Shown here: in pieces, positions 9,016 through 16,838 of the stretch | Layout of the letters: the number at the start of each line of letters is the position of its first letter | Position numbering within the stretch: position 1 is the first letter of the stretch | Assembly: GCA_965278945.1 (NCBI GenBank) | Contig: OZ257128.1 | Location: forward strand, 1,426,623 to 1,490,622 | Direction: 5' to 3' | Origin: Actinomycetes bacterium | Lineage (GTDB): Bacteria; Actinomycetota; Actinomycetes; S36-B12 | DNA length: 64,000 nt | Notes under the pieces: model-generated | What the model was told of the DNA's origin: nothing | The model's input: the letters and a program-made list of their open reading frames with translations, nothing else | Database searches by the model: none | Position numbers and translations under genes: made by a program

Positions 9016-9897
9016 TCAGGGCAGAGGGCTAGATTCGGTCAGCGCGAGAATCTGGGGGAACGTCGCGTCGGCGGCGCTACGGCCGGCGTCGATTAGACGG
9101 GCCACATCTCGCGAGCTCCAACGAGACATGCCTTGAGTCACCGGTTGAATCAATACGTCAGGTTCCACAAACGAGGCTAACCGTTCGCGCGCCCGCGCGC
9201 GCTTGGCGCCGGTAGCGGTGTCGAGAAGTCGTGACAGCACAGGAGCATCCGGCGCGGGCTCGCTGTCAAACCTCACCGCGATGACTCGCTCGGCACCGAG
9301 CTCGATCGTAGCCCGCACCGCGTCCTGGTCGGCGAGTCCTCCATCGACCAAGATGCGACTGTCGACGCGAACCGCTGGAAGCACGCCGGGTACAGCGATG
9401 GTGGCCCGTAGTGCAGGCGCCAAAGGCCCTGAATTGAGTAGGACGGGTTCGCGCTTGCGGAGGTCGAACGCGAATGCGGCAAACGGGATTGGCAGATCCT
9501 CGATCGCGGCCGGACGACCAGCAGTGCGGGTGATCCGGTCGATCGGACGCGAGTCAAACAGCGCCAAACGACGAGAGGGACGCCAATCCGCAAATGAAGA
9601 CCACCGCACCGACTGCAGCCAGTCCGCGAGTCGGTGAGCCGTCATGCCCGCCGCGTAGCCCGCCCCTATTAGGGCGCCCGAACTGGAGCCGACGATCACC
9701 GCGATCGGGACACCGGCTTCCTCCAGAACTTCAAGGACCCCCACGTGGGCTGCACCCCACGCTGCGCCTCCGCCCAAGACGAGTCCAACTCGGGGTGGTT
9801 TCGCGGCATCGGAGCTATCGACCCTCACGGGACGTGGTTTGGCTGGTGGGCGCTGTAGTGAACGTCCCGACGAATGCGTACCGGAGAACCAAGGCAA
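9016..9897 (-). CDS. patatin-like phospholipase
   Basis: It has a glycine-rich oxyanion motif (GLVLGGGAAWGAAHVG), the lipase serine motif GSSSG, and the catalytic Asp motif (VDGGL). The start is uncertain (TTG 9897 or GTG 9828). The stop codon lies inside the IS481 target duplication. Confidence 0.8.
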   Translation of the reverse strand: MPWFSGTHSSGRSLQRPPAKPRPVRVDSSDAAKPPRVGLVLGGGAAWGAAHVGVLEVLEEAGVPIAVIVGSSSGALIGAGYAAGMTAHRLADWLQSVRWSSFADWRPSRRLALFDSRPIDRITRTAGRPAAIEDLPIPFAAFAFDLRKREPVLLNSGPLAPALRATIAVPGVLPAVRVDSRILVDGGLADQDAVRATIELGAERVIAVRFDSEPAPDAPVLSRLLDTATGAKRARARERLASFVEPDVLIQPVTQGMSRWSSRDVARLIDAGRSAADATFPQILALTESSPLP

Positions 9898-10038
9898 TCG
9901 CGCCTGTCAGCTCGCCGCCGCCTGGACTGTTTGACGCTCGGCGAGCCATCAACGCTGTACATAGTGGCGGCTCCATTTCGCCTTCCTCCGCTCCTAGGGC
10001 TGATTCGCCTGCGGCGGTGGCCCACGAGACGTGTGAGA

Positions 10039-10296
10039 TCAATGACCGGTGTCTGCACCTAGCCCCGTTCCGTGGTCGCCGCCCTTTTGTGACTCCTGCG
10101 TCTGTGGCAGGTGTAGGTGTAGTCCCACTGGCTCGTCGGGGAGATCTTCGACACCAACCGCGACGGCATCTATCTGACGGCGGTGAGCGGAGGGCAGGAC
10201 AACGGCGGCAGCGATCGCGAGCACCCCGACGAGTGTGCACGCGATAAATCCGATAGTGAAGGCGTGGTCGGTCGGGACACCCTCGCTCGAGGACAT
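10039..10296 (-). CDS. hypothetical small membrane protein
   Basis: The ATG is preceded by GAAAGGAC. One hydrophobic helix is present (FTIGFIACTLVGVLAIAAAVVL). Third-position GC is moderately high. I recognise no family. Confidence 0.3.
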   Translation of the reverse strand: MSSSEGVPTDHAFTIGFIACTLVGVLAIAAAVVLPSAHRRQIDAVAVGVEDLPDEPVGLHLHLPQTQESQKGGDHGTGLGADTGH

Positions 10297-10810
10297 AGAA
10301 GTCCTTTCAAACTTGTTGATTGCTTGGTCGCGCTAAGGCGTGCTGGTCAGCGAAATCGACAAACGCGCGAACAAGCAGGAGGCCTCGGCGATTGGCCACG
10401 CGACCTGGTACCCGGCGAAGCGAGCCTCAATCGTGACTCGCTGCTTGCGGTCCTCGTCCTTGGCTGAGACATGTGACGATAAACTTGGGTGCTAGGTTCT
10501 CGCTTCAGGTCGCTCCCGCGCCGGATGCGAGCGCTGTCTCGGTGTATGAGGCGGCACTCCCCGCGGCGCCTGACAGCGCGATGGTAAGCGACCGGCACGC
10601 GCTCCGTTGGTTCGCTGGGGTGTGTCGATGCGCTGGACATCGTCCAGCTCTCGTCCACCAACACGTGCGAACTAACGCCGATCGGGATCACGAAAGATCC
10701 ATGCGCCCGCGAGAGCGATCGCCGCGATGACCAGCATGGCTGTGTAGAGGATCATGTCTACTGCCCTCGATGTACTGAGTTAGGCGCGAACTCGGTCTGA
10801 TGTGAACCAC

Positions 10811-11080
10811 CTATGCCGACCTGCTGGGGTGGGAGAGGAAGTTCTCGATCTCGTGGACGCCGCGGGCGGCTTCTCGATCGATCTCGAATGCGGCGCGCAG
10901 CCGATCTTCGCGTTCTTGGGAGAGCTTGGTAACAGACGTGTAGACCCCGGCGCCGCCCCACATCCATGCGGCGCTTACGGCGAGGCCAGTTATGACGTAC
11001 CACATCGCGTATGTCAGTAGCTCCCGGATGAGTTGCCCATGGACCGCCACCTGGAATTCACGTGCTGCGCTGTAGGTCAT
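10811..11080 (-). CDS. hypothetical membrane protein
   Basis: The ATG at 11080 follows GGGAGAGG. There is a hydrophobic segment (LLTYAMWYVITGLAVSAAWMWGGAGVY) and about 70 percent GC at third positions. I recognise no family. Confidence 0.4.
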   Translation of the reverse strand: MTYSAAREFQVAVHGQLIRELLTYAMWYVITGLAVSAAWMWGGAGVYTSVTKLSQEREDRLRAAFEIDREAARGVHEIENFLSHPSRSA

Positions 11081-11400
11081 CGCCTCTCCCTTTCGCAAAG
11101 GGTTGCTGATGAGGCGGACTATACGCTCATTACATAGCAGGAAACAGGCTCATGAGAATTTAGAGGAGGCCATCGACGATGCCGGCCAGACTGTGCGGTG
11201 AATTTCAATAATCCGGGTCATCTGGTCATCCACGGAGCCCGACGGATCCGGCTCCGATCGATCCATTCACAATGAAAGTCTCTCCTTCACGCACCCGACC
11301 TCAGGGTGCATTGCGGATCAGCCGGAGCACCACACAGCGAATCTGACACCCCACCTAACCCCGGCGAGCCGTCAAAGCAACAGTGCGGTGTCGCGCGTCC

Positions 11401-12156
11401 TCAGGCGCGCCTGCCGCCGTCCACGACGATCGCCTGACCTGTGAGATACCTGCTCTCGTCGCTAGCCAGGTGCAACACGATTTGCGCAACGTCATCGGGC
11501 TGCCCGATGCGCTCGAGCATCTGACGATCAATATAGGCAGCGCGACGATCGGGGTCGGCCAGCATCGCTGCGGTAGCTGGGGTCTCGATGATTCCCGGGC
11601 ATACCGCGTTGCAGCGAACGCCGTGCCGGCCATAGTCGAGCGCGACCGAACGCGTGAGGGCGACGACGCCACCCTTCGCGGCCGTGTACGCGGCGAAGCG
11701 TGGTAGCGCGCTGAGCCCGGCCGTCGACGCCGTGTTCACAATCGCGCCACCGCCGCCGGCAATCATGTGCGGCAGCGCGGCCCGGCAGCCCAGAAAAACG
11801 CTGGTCAACGACACCGTCAGTGTTCGCTGCCAGTCCTCGATGGTCGTCTCGACGACTGGAACGTCCTTGGGCGCCCAATAGGCATTGTTGTGGAGTACGT
11901 CCAGCCTTCCAAAGCGCTCAACCGCGGAGTCCATCAGATTCACGACGTCACTCTCGGAGCCGACATCGCAGCGGACGGCGTAGGACTTGCCTCCCGCGGC
12001 GGTCACGAGCTCGGCGGTCCGTTCCACTCCGGACTCGTCGATGTCGGCGACAATCACTGTCGCTCCCTCACGGGCCAGCAGCAGCGCGGTCGCCCGTCCG
12101 ATGCCCGACGCCGATCCCGTGATGACTGCGATCTTGCCCTCAACCCGACCAACCAC
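11401..12156 (-). CDS. short-chain dehydrogenase/reductase (SDR); candidate cis-dihydrodiol dehydrogenase
   Basis: It has the TGSASGIG cofactor motif, NNA, and a YxxxK region (YTAAKGGVVALT). The GTG start follows GAGGAG. It is the last gene of the long minus-strand catabolic run. Confidence 0.85.
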   Translation of the reverse strand: MVGRVEGKIAVITGSASGIGRATALLLAREGATVIVADIDESGVERTAELVTAAGGKSYAVRCDVGSESDVVNLMDSAVERFGRLDVLHNNAYWAPKDVPVVETTIEDWQRTLTVSLTSVFLGCRAALPHMIAGGGGAIVNTASTAGLSALPRFAAYTAAKGGVVALTRSVALDYGRHGVRCNAVCPGIIETPATAAMLADPDRRAAYIDRQMLERIGQPDDVAQIVLHLASDESRYLTGQAIVVDGGRRA

Positions 12157-12212
12157 ATTAACTCCTCAGAGATAGTAGATCCATACCACTACAGACGTCA
12201 CGTCCCGCCGAC

Positions 12213-13103
12213 CTATGCCGAGACGGCGAACTCCGCGATCGCCGTCCCCGTGAGCCACTCGGGCACGGCGGCGTAGAACCAGGGCTCAAGGCTGGCGCCG
12301 CCAGCGAAGCCTGCTGCGGCCACCCAGTTGCGGATCTCCTGGGCACCGTTCCCCCCACGGCTCTCAATCTCCTCCGTCGTCCACTCGAGGATGTCGGCCC
12401 ACCTGGCCTGCCCGGCTAGCGAGAGGAAGGCACTGTCAAAGTCTTCATTCACTGGACCCTCGAGACCAACCTCTACAGGGTAACTCGCGATATCTGGGAG
12501 CCGGGTGCCTGCCTGGCGTCGCATGAACCGTCGTCGTTCATCGGATCCGACCCAGTGCGATAGCCCTCCGGTACCCAGGACGGCAACGCGCCTTCTTGAC
12601 CGTTGCGCGACCTGTCCGAGGACTTCTCCGACTCGATAGCTGCGGGTCAGACGCGGCTGCGGAGGGATACCACAATTCTGTGTCACGGGCACGATCATCG
12701 GTCGATCCTCGCCGAAAGCGAGAAGCAGGGGGGTGACGAATGAATGGTCGATCCGGACATCTTCGGAGAAGGCGAGATCGATCTCTGCGTCGATAGCGCC
12801 CGCCAGCATCTCCGCGGCTAGATTCTGATCGACAGGGAACTCGACGACTGGAAGCCCGCCATCGCCCATGCCCGTCGCCTTGGGGCCGACGCCAATCGTG
12901 AACGCCGGTACGTGATCAAGTGTGAATCGACGGCCGTGGTCGGTCCCGAAGACCACGAGAGTGTCCACGTTGGCCTCGATGAGGCGATCTGCCATGCGTC
13001 GGAACGCCGCGTGGAGGTCGTTCCACAGCGCGGGATCGACGGCTGCCTGGCGCGTGATCATTAGTGCAGCATGCGATGAGGCGAACGCGGCGACGACCGT
13101 CAT
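12213..13103 (-). CDS. class III (LigB-type) extradiol ring-cleavage dioxygenase, paralogue A
   Basis: LigB-family blocks are present (AAFASSHAALM, VVFGTDHG, DHSFVTPLL, LGTGGLSHWVG). The ATG at 13103 overlaps the hydrolase stop (ATGA). The ORF-track N-terminal extension to 13280 overlaps the hydrolase gene and is rejected. Confidence 0.8.
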   Translation of the reverse strand: MTVVAAFASSHAALMITRQAAVDPALWNDLHAAFRRMADRLIEANVDTLVVFGTDHGRRFTLDHVPAFTIGVGPKATGMGDGGLPVVEFPVDQNLAAEMLAGAIDAEIDLAFSEDVRIDHSFVTPLLLAFGEDRPMIVPVTQNCGIPPQPRLTRSYRVGEVLGQVAQRSRRRVAVLGTGGLSHWVGSDERRRFMRRQAGTRLPDIASYPVEVGLEGPVNEDFDSAFLSLAGQARWADILEWTTEEIESRGGNGAQEIRNWVAAAGFAGGASLEPWFYAAVPEWLTGTAIAEFAVSA

Positions 13104-13981
13104 GACGCCGGCGACCATGGGGAGAGCAGGAAGTCCGAGAGCGCCGCGTTGAAGATATCGGGCTCCTCCCACTGCGGCCAGTGTCCGCAGCGTTCCATGA
13201 GGACGAACTCGGCGTTTGGGACCAACGCGGCTGCGCGCCGCGCGGTCTCTGCCGTCGTCGTCGGATTGTCGCTCGTCCACAGGAACAGCGTTGGCTGGAC
13301 GATTCCGGAGAGGACGTCCGGCGTGAGTGGAGCCGCCTGCTGGTTGCTCAAGCGGTTGTTTGCATCGGCAAGGACGCGGGCAGCCTCGTCCTGCTGGTAC
13401 ATCACCCAGCGGATGTCGACCAACTCATCAGTGAGACTGGCGGCGGGGTCAAAGAAGAGCCACTCCATTCTCCGACGGACCGCGTCACGGCTCGGATTGG
13501 CAACGAACTCACCAGTCAGTCGCCGTAACTCGCTGAGCCCGTCCTTCATGTGCTGACGGGACGCGTCGTCCTCCTCAATGCCGAGCCGCGCACCGCATAC
13601 TGATACGAGCTTGGTGACGCGGTCGGGATGGCGAATCGCGGTCCACATCGCAATCCACCCGCCGAGGGACTCGCCAACCAGATAGGCCTGCGTGATTCCG
13701 GCCGCGTCGAGCAGCGCCAGCAGGTGCTCCACGTAGTCGTCCAAGCCGGGAGCGGTCGAAGGGGCGTCGGTGAGACCGAATCCCAGATAGTCGACTGCGA
13801 GTACACGGAAGTCCTTGCTCAACGGTATGACGTTGCGGGCGAACGCCTCGGCGTGCCCGCCCTGACCATGAAGCAGGACAACGGCAGGACCCGAGCCCGC
13901 CTCGATGCACCGCGTACGAATGCCGCCCGCGTCGTAGTAGCGGACCTCCGCTCCCAGCAACTCGACCCAGACGGTGTTCAC
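13100..13981 (-). CDS. meta-cleavage-product (C-C bond) hydrolase, alpha/beta fold, copy 1
   Basis: It has the oxyanion motif LLHGQGG, the nucleophile elbow GESLGG, and a C-terminal CGHWPQWEEPDIFNAALSDFL typical of BphD/MhpC-type hydrolases. The GTG start overlaps the upstream stop (GTGA). Confidence 0.85.
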   Translation of the reverse strand: MNTVWVELLGAEVRYYDAGGIRTRCIEAGSGPAVVLLHGQGGHAEAFARNVIPLSKDFRVLAVDYLGFGLTDAPSTAPGLDDYVEHLLALLDAAGITQAYLVGESLGGWIAMWTAIRHPDRVTKLVSVCGARLGIEEDDASRQHMKDGLSELRRLTGEFVANPSRDAVRRRMEWLFFDPAASLTDELVDIRWVMYQQDEAARVLADANNRLSNQQAAPLTPDVLSGIVQPTLFLWTSDNPTTTAETARRAAALVPNAEFVLMERCGHWPQWEEPDIFNAALSDFLLSPWSPAS

Positions 13982-15318
13982 GACTGCTCCTTGTGATGGT
14001 TTCCGGTCGCCGCCAGAACAGGCTCAGCGTCGTCTCCGGTCGGATGAAATGCGAGGCTGGACCGCGCCGGTACCTGTCGCTCCATAAAGATCTCGCTGCC
14101 TGTGCTCGCGGACTTGAGAATCGCTAGGCACACCTCCAGCGTCGCCATCCCCCAACGCCCGTCATGGAACAACGGGCGATCCTGGACAACGGCTTCGTAC
14201 ATCTCGGTGAGCTCAGCCGTGCGACCAGTCGCGCCCTTCTCGATCGTGATCTCCTCGGCACCCCGTGAGCCGTAGACCATCAGCCCGTGCGGGCTCTGCC
14301 GGACCACGCCTTGCTCGCAGCTGACGAGCGTGTAACCGAAGTACGGCTGATACAGGCTCGGTCCCCCCGTGTAGCCGAACAGCGCCATCGTCTCGCCGTC
14401 GGCGTCCGGTGTTCCGTACCGGCCCTGCTCCTTCTGGGCATCAAGCCGCGCGTCGAGGTCATCGTCATCACGAGAGCTCGCCTTGAGGTCAAGGAAGTTC
14501 TGCCGCATACGAATCGACCTACCGACTGCTCGCTGCTGACCACCTTCTCCAATATGGCCGAACAGTTCACCGCTGTCGAAGAATCCCCTAGCATCGAAAG
14601 CGAGCAACGCGGTCGCGCCATCACGAAACGTCAGGAAGCAGTTGTAGCCAGCCTCGACTCCTCGCAGGTCATCCCAGATGACAGAGGCGCGGACGCTGTG
14701 CACTAGGCCTCCCGCAACCTGACGGACGATGTCGACCTGATGCGGACCCTGATTGAGGACCGGCCCGTGGCTCGAAACCAGTTCCCGGTTTGGCCACGGC
14801 AGGACGTTGAAGTCGTTGTAGTTGAACGTCATGACCGAGACGAGAGCGCCCAGCTCTCCGGACTCGACGAGCTCCTGCAGCCGCAGGATCGGCGGATCAA
14901 AACTGTGCGTATGCCCAGCCATGAGCTTGATGCCGCAGGCATCCGCCACCTCGATCATCTTCTCTGCGTCAGCCAACGTGGAGGCCATTGGCTTTTCGAC
15001 GATCACATGCTTGCCTGCCTGCGCGGCCAGCGTCACGTGCTCAAGTCGCTGTTCCGGGAGTGTGGCGATGTACAGCACATCGACGTCCGGATCTGCACAC
15101 AGCTCAGCGACACTCGTGTAGGCGCGGCCGCCAAATTCCTCCTGGAACATCGTCAAAGCCCCGCGGCGCTCCTCGCGCTCAGCAGCGGCGACCACGCGAT
15201 ACGGCAACTGCGCGAGCTCGGTCTTGCGACGAAGGATGAGGTTCACCGCCTGCCCGAGACCGACAAAGCCGAGACCAAGTTGGCGCTGCGGAACCTCGTT
15301 CATCTCTGTTGTCCTCAC
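13978..15318 (-). CDS. Gfo/Idh/MocA-family NAD(P)-dependent oxidoreductase, copy 1
   Basis: It has an N-terminal Rossmann region (LGFVGLGQA ... VLYIATLPEQRLEHVTLAAQAGKHVIVEKPMA). It is 446 aa long. Dihydrodiol and semialdehyde dehydrogenases such as LigC and phthalate dihydrodiol dehydrogenase belong to this family, but the substrate is not assignable. Confidence 0.85.
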   Translation of the reverse strand: MRTTEMNEVPQRQLGLGFVGLGQAVNLILRRKTELAQLPYRVVAAAEREERRGALTMFQEEFGGRAYTSVAELCADPDVDVLYIATLPEQRLEHVTLAAQAGKHVIVEKPMASTLADAEKMIEVADACGIKLMAGHTHSFDPPILRLQELVESGELGALVSVMTFNYNDFNVLPWPNRELVSSHGPVLNQGPHQVDIVRQVAGGLVHSVRASVIWDDLRGVEAGYNCFLTFRDGATALLAFDARGFFDSGELFGHIGEGGQQRAVGRSIRMRQNFLDLKASSRDDDDLDARLDAQKEQGRYGTPDADGETMALFGYTGGPSLYQPYFGYTLVSCEQGVVRQSPHGLMVYGSRGAEEITIEKGATGRTAELTEMYEAVVQDRPLFHDGRWGMATLEVCLAILKSASTGSEIFMERQVPARSSLAFHPTGDDAEPVLAATGNHHKEQS

Positions 15319-15475
15319 GTGGGGGTGACGGCTTTGCGCACGGGTGAGGCCATCAACTCGCCCCAGTAGCGGTAAAACTCACGTTGGTTCTCCTCGCTGA
15401 GCCCGTCGATGACAGTGCCAGGCCAGTTGGGGCCCTGCTCCATCAGCACCTCCCTGCCTGCGCCGAACTGACACA
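15315..15475 (-). pseudogene. 3' remnant of a Rieske oxygenase alpha-subunit gene (left behind by the duplication)
   Basis: The last 39 codons (GPNWPGTVIDGLSEENQREFYRYWGELMASPVRKAVTPT) are identical to the end of the intact gene at 19050..20414. A 135-bp in-frame deletion follows. After that come about 40 bp of degraded homology with a 2-bp indel, and then homology is lost. Confidence 0.7.
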
Positions 15476-15640
15476 CCCGTGCGCGTCGCCCAACCCTCCG
15501 CACACCCCCCAGTTCCCCTTGCGTGCCAGACACACTCTCGGGCCTGAACTCGTCATCGATCGACCCACATTGATGCCACCGACGGCCCCATCGGTCACAT
15601 TGCACAACCAGTTTGTGGGTCGCGCACGCTGCGATCCCCC

Positions 15641-16591
15641 TCAACTTTCCCTCGGTGTCCACGATCCGACCGCCATGCCCATGAGTCCGCGATAGAACGG
15701 CTCATATGTAAGGAAGTCGAGGAGGGGCTCGTCACCCAACGCGGCCAGAAGGGCAATCCAAGCCCGCAACTCCACTTGTCCGTGATCGAGTAGATCTGCG
15801 CCGGATAGTTCGCTCAGCCGTTGAGTCTGGCCGCTCGTTAACGTGTCCACGAGACTCTTATCGAAGGCCTCATCGATGTCGCCGTGCCCCATCTGGCCCC
15901 GATAACTCTTCCATGGATAGCCAGCCGTGAAATGGGACCAACCTCCCGAGGCGTAAATGGCCACCCGTTCGCCCGCAGGGCGATTCGCAGCCACGCGGGA
16001 CAACAACTCGCCGAACTGCGCGCATCGCCACGGCTCGACTGAGGGATGGTGAATGGCGTTCATGAACACTAGAACTACCGGAATGTCCGCGCGAGGCGTG
16101 ATGTTAGCTAGTACCTGTGCGTGTGCATGAGACTTTAGTTCATCGCCTTCGAACCGGCCTACCGAGGCGAGGTCGAAACCTTCGAATACGCCTTGCTCAA
16201 GGAGGTCACTCGAAAATTCGCGATGACTTGTGTACTTAGTCGACGTGGCACTCGACCTCGCCAAGGTGAACTCGGTACCCGTGTAAACTGCCAGTTGAGG
16301 GGTGTTCGCGGTACTGAAGTTCTCGTCTTGGTCATCGCCGACGACGACCAAGACGTCCGGAAGCGTGGACGCCAATTTTGCACGTATAGCCTCGAGCGCC
16401 TCTTGAATAGGCGCAAACCTCCTGCGGTTCGCCTCCAGACTCTCACGAAGGACGCCGTCCGGGGCCTTAGGCAGAAACCCATAGCGCTTCTCGAACACAC
16501 GACGGTTCCCGTCACGGTAGTAGTCCCAGTCATCGATCGGCATGAAAGTGAAGGCGTGAGAGGAGGCCAAGCCAGCCACTATCTTCCCCAT
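15641..16591 (-). CDS. class III (LigB-type) extradiol ring-cleavage dioxygenase, paralogue B
   Basis: LigB-family blocks are present (GLASSHAF, VVVGDDQDENF, SHAHAQVL, ASGGWSHF). The ATG follows GGAGGTGA. It lies in the unique spacer between the two duplicated copies. Confidence 0.8.
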   Translation of the reverse strand: MGKIVAGLASSHAFTFMPIDDWDYYRDGNRRVFEKRYGFLPKAPDGVLRESLEANRRRFAPIQEALEAIRAKLASTLPDVLVVVGDDQDENFSTANTPQLAVYTGTEFTLARSSATSTKYTSHREFSSDLLEQGVFEGFDLASVGRFEGDELKSHAHAQVLANITPRADIPVVLVFMNAIHHPSVEPWRCAQFGELLSRVAANRPAGERVAIYASGGWSHFTAGYPWKSYRGQMGHGDIDEAFDKSLVDTLTSGQTQRLSELSGADLLDHGQVELRAWIALLAALGDEPLLDFLTYEPFYRGLMGMAVGSWTPRES

Positions 16592-16722
16592 ACTTCCGTC
16601 ACCTCCGTGCGTTCACCGTGTTCGACCAACACGCCGGCAGAGCGTTCCCTGCCGACTGCCGTTCGCAGTTCGCCAATGCTTTTCATAACGCTTCCTTATG
16701 TTGGAATACGCGTGGATGAAGG

Positions 16723-16838
16723 CTTGGGGCCGACGCCAATCGTGGACGCCGGTACGTGATCAAGTGTGGATCGACGGCTGCCTGGCGCGTGATCATTAGT
16801 GCAGCATGCGATGAGGCGAACGCGGCGACGACCGTCAT
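16723..16838 (-). pseudogene. 5' remnant of LigB-type dioxygenase A (duplicate copy, 109-bp deletion, truncated)
   Basis: It encodes MTVVAAFASSHAALMITRQAAVDP and then shifts frame. Compared with copy 1, the 109 bp between two ATCGACGG octamers are missing. Homology ends at 16723. Confidence 0.7.

Larger units (their letters stand above)
12879..15434. repeat. tandem duplication, copy 1 (2556 bp)
   Basis: It is collinear with 16723..19169 at an offset of 3735 nt (3844 nt to the left of the 109-bp deletion). By manual comparison only about 6 nucleotide differences were found. Confidence 0.9.

Noticed and set aside
9594-10247. Overlapping ORFs of 217 aa on the plus strand (9594..10247) and 141 aa on the minus strand (9815..10240) upstream of the patatin gene
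   Set aside because: Both are extremely Arg/Pro/Ser-rich, overlap each other and the patatin 5' end, and have no motifs or RBS. They are treated as non-coding.
12213-13280. N-terminal extensions MDERQSDDDGRDRAARS... on the LigB-type dioxygenase ORF, and the matching 110-aa ORF at 16683..17015
   Set aside because: The extension overlaps the 3' end of the hydrolase gene out of frame. Family homology begins at MTVVAAFASSHA (ATG 13103). The second ORF is the frameshifted stump of the duplicated copy, not a gene.
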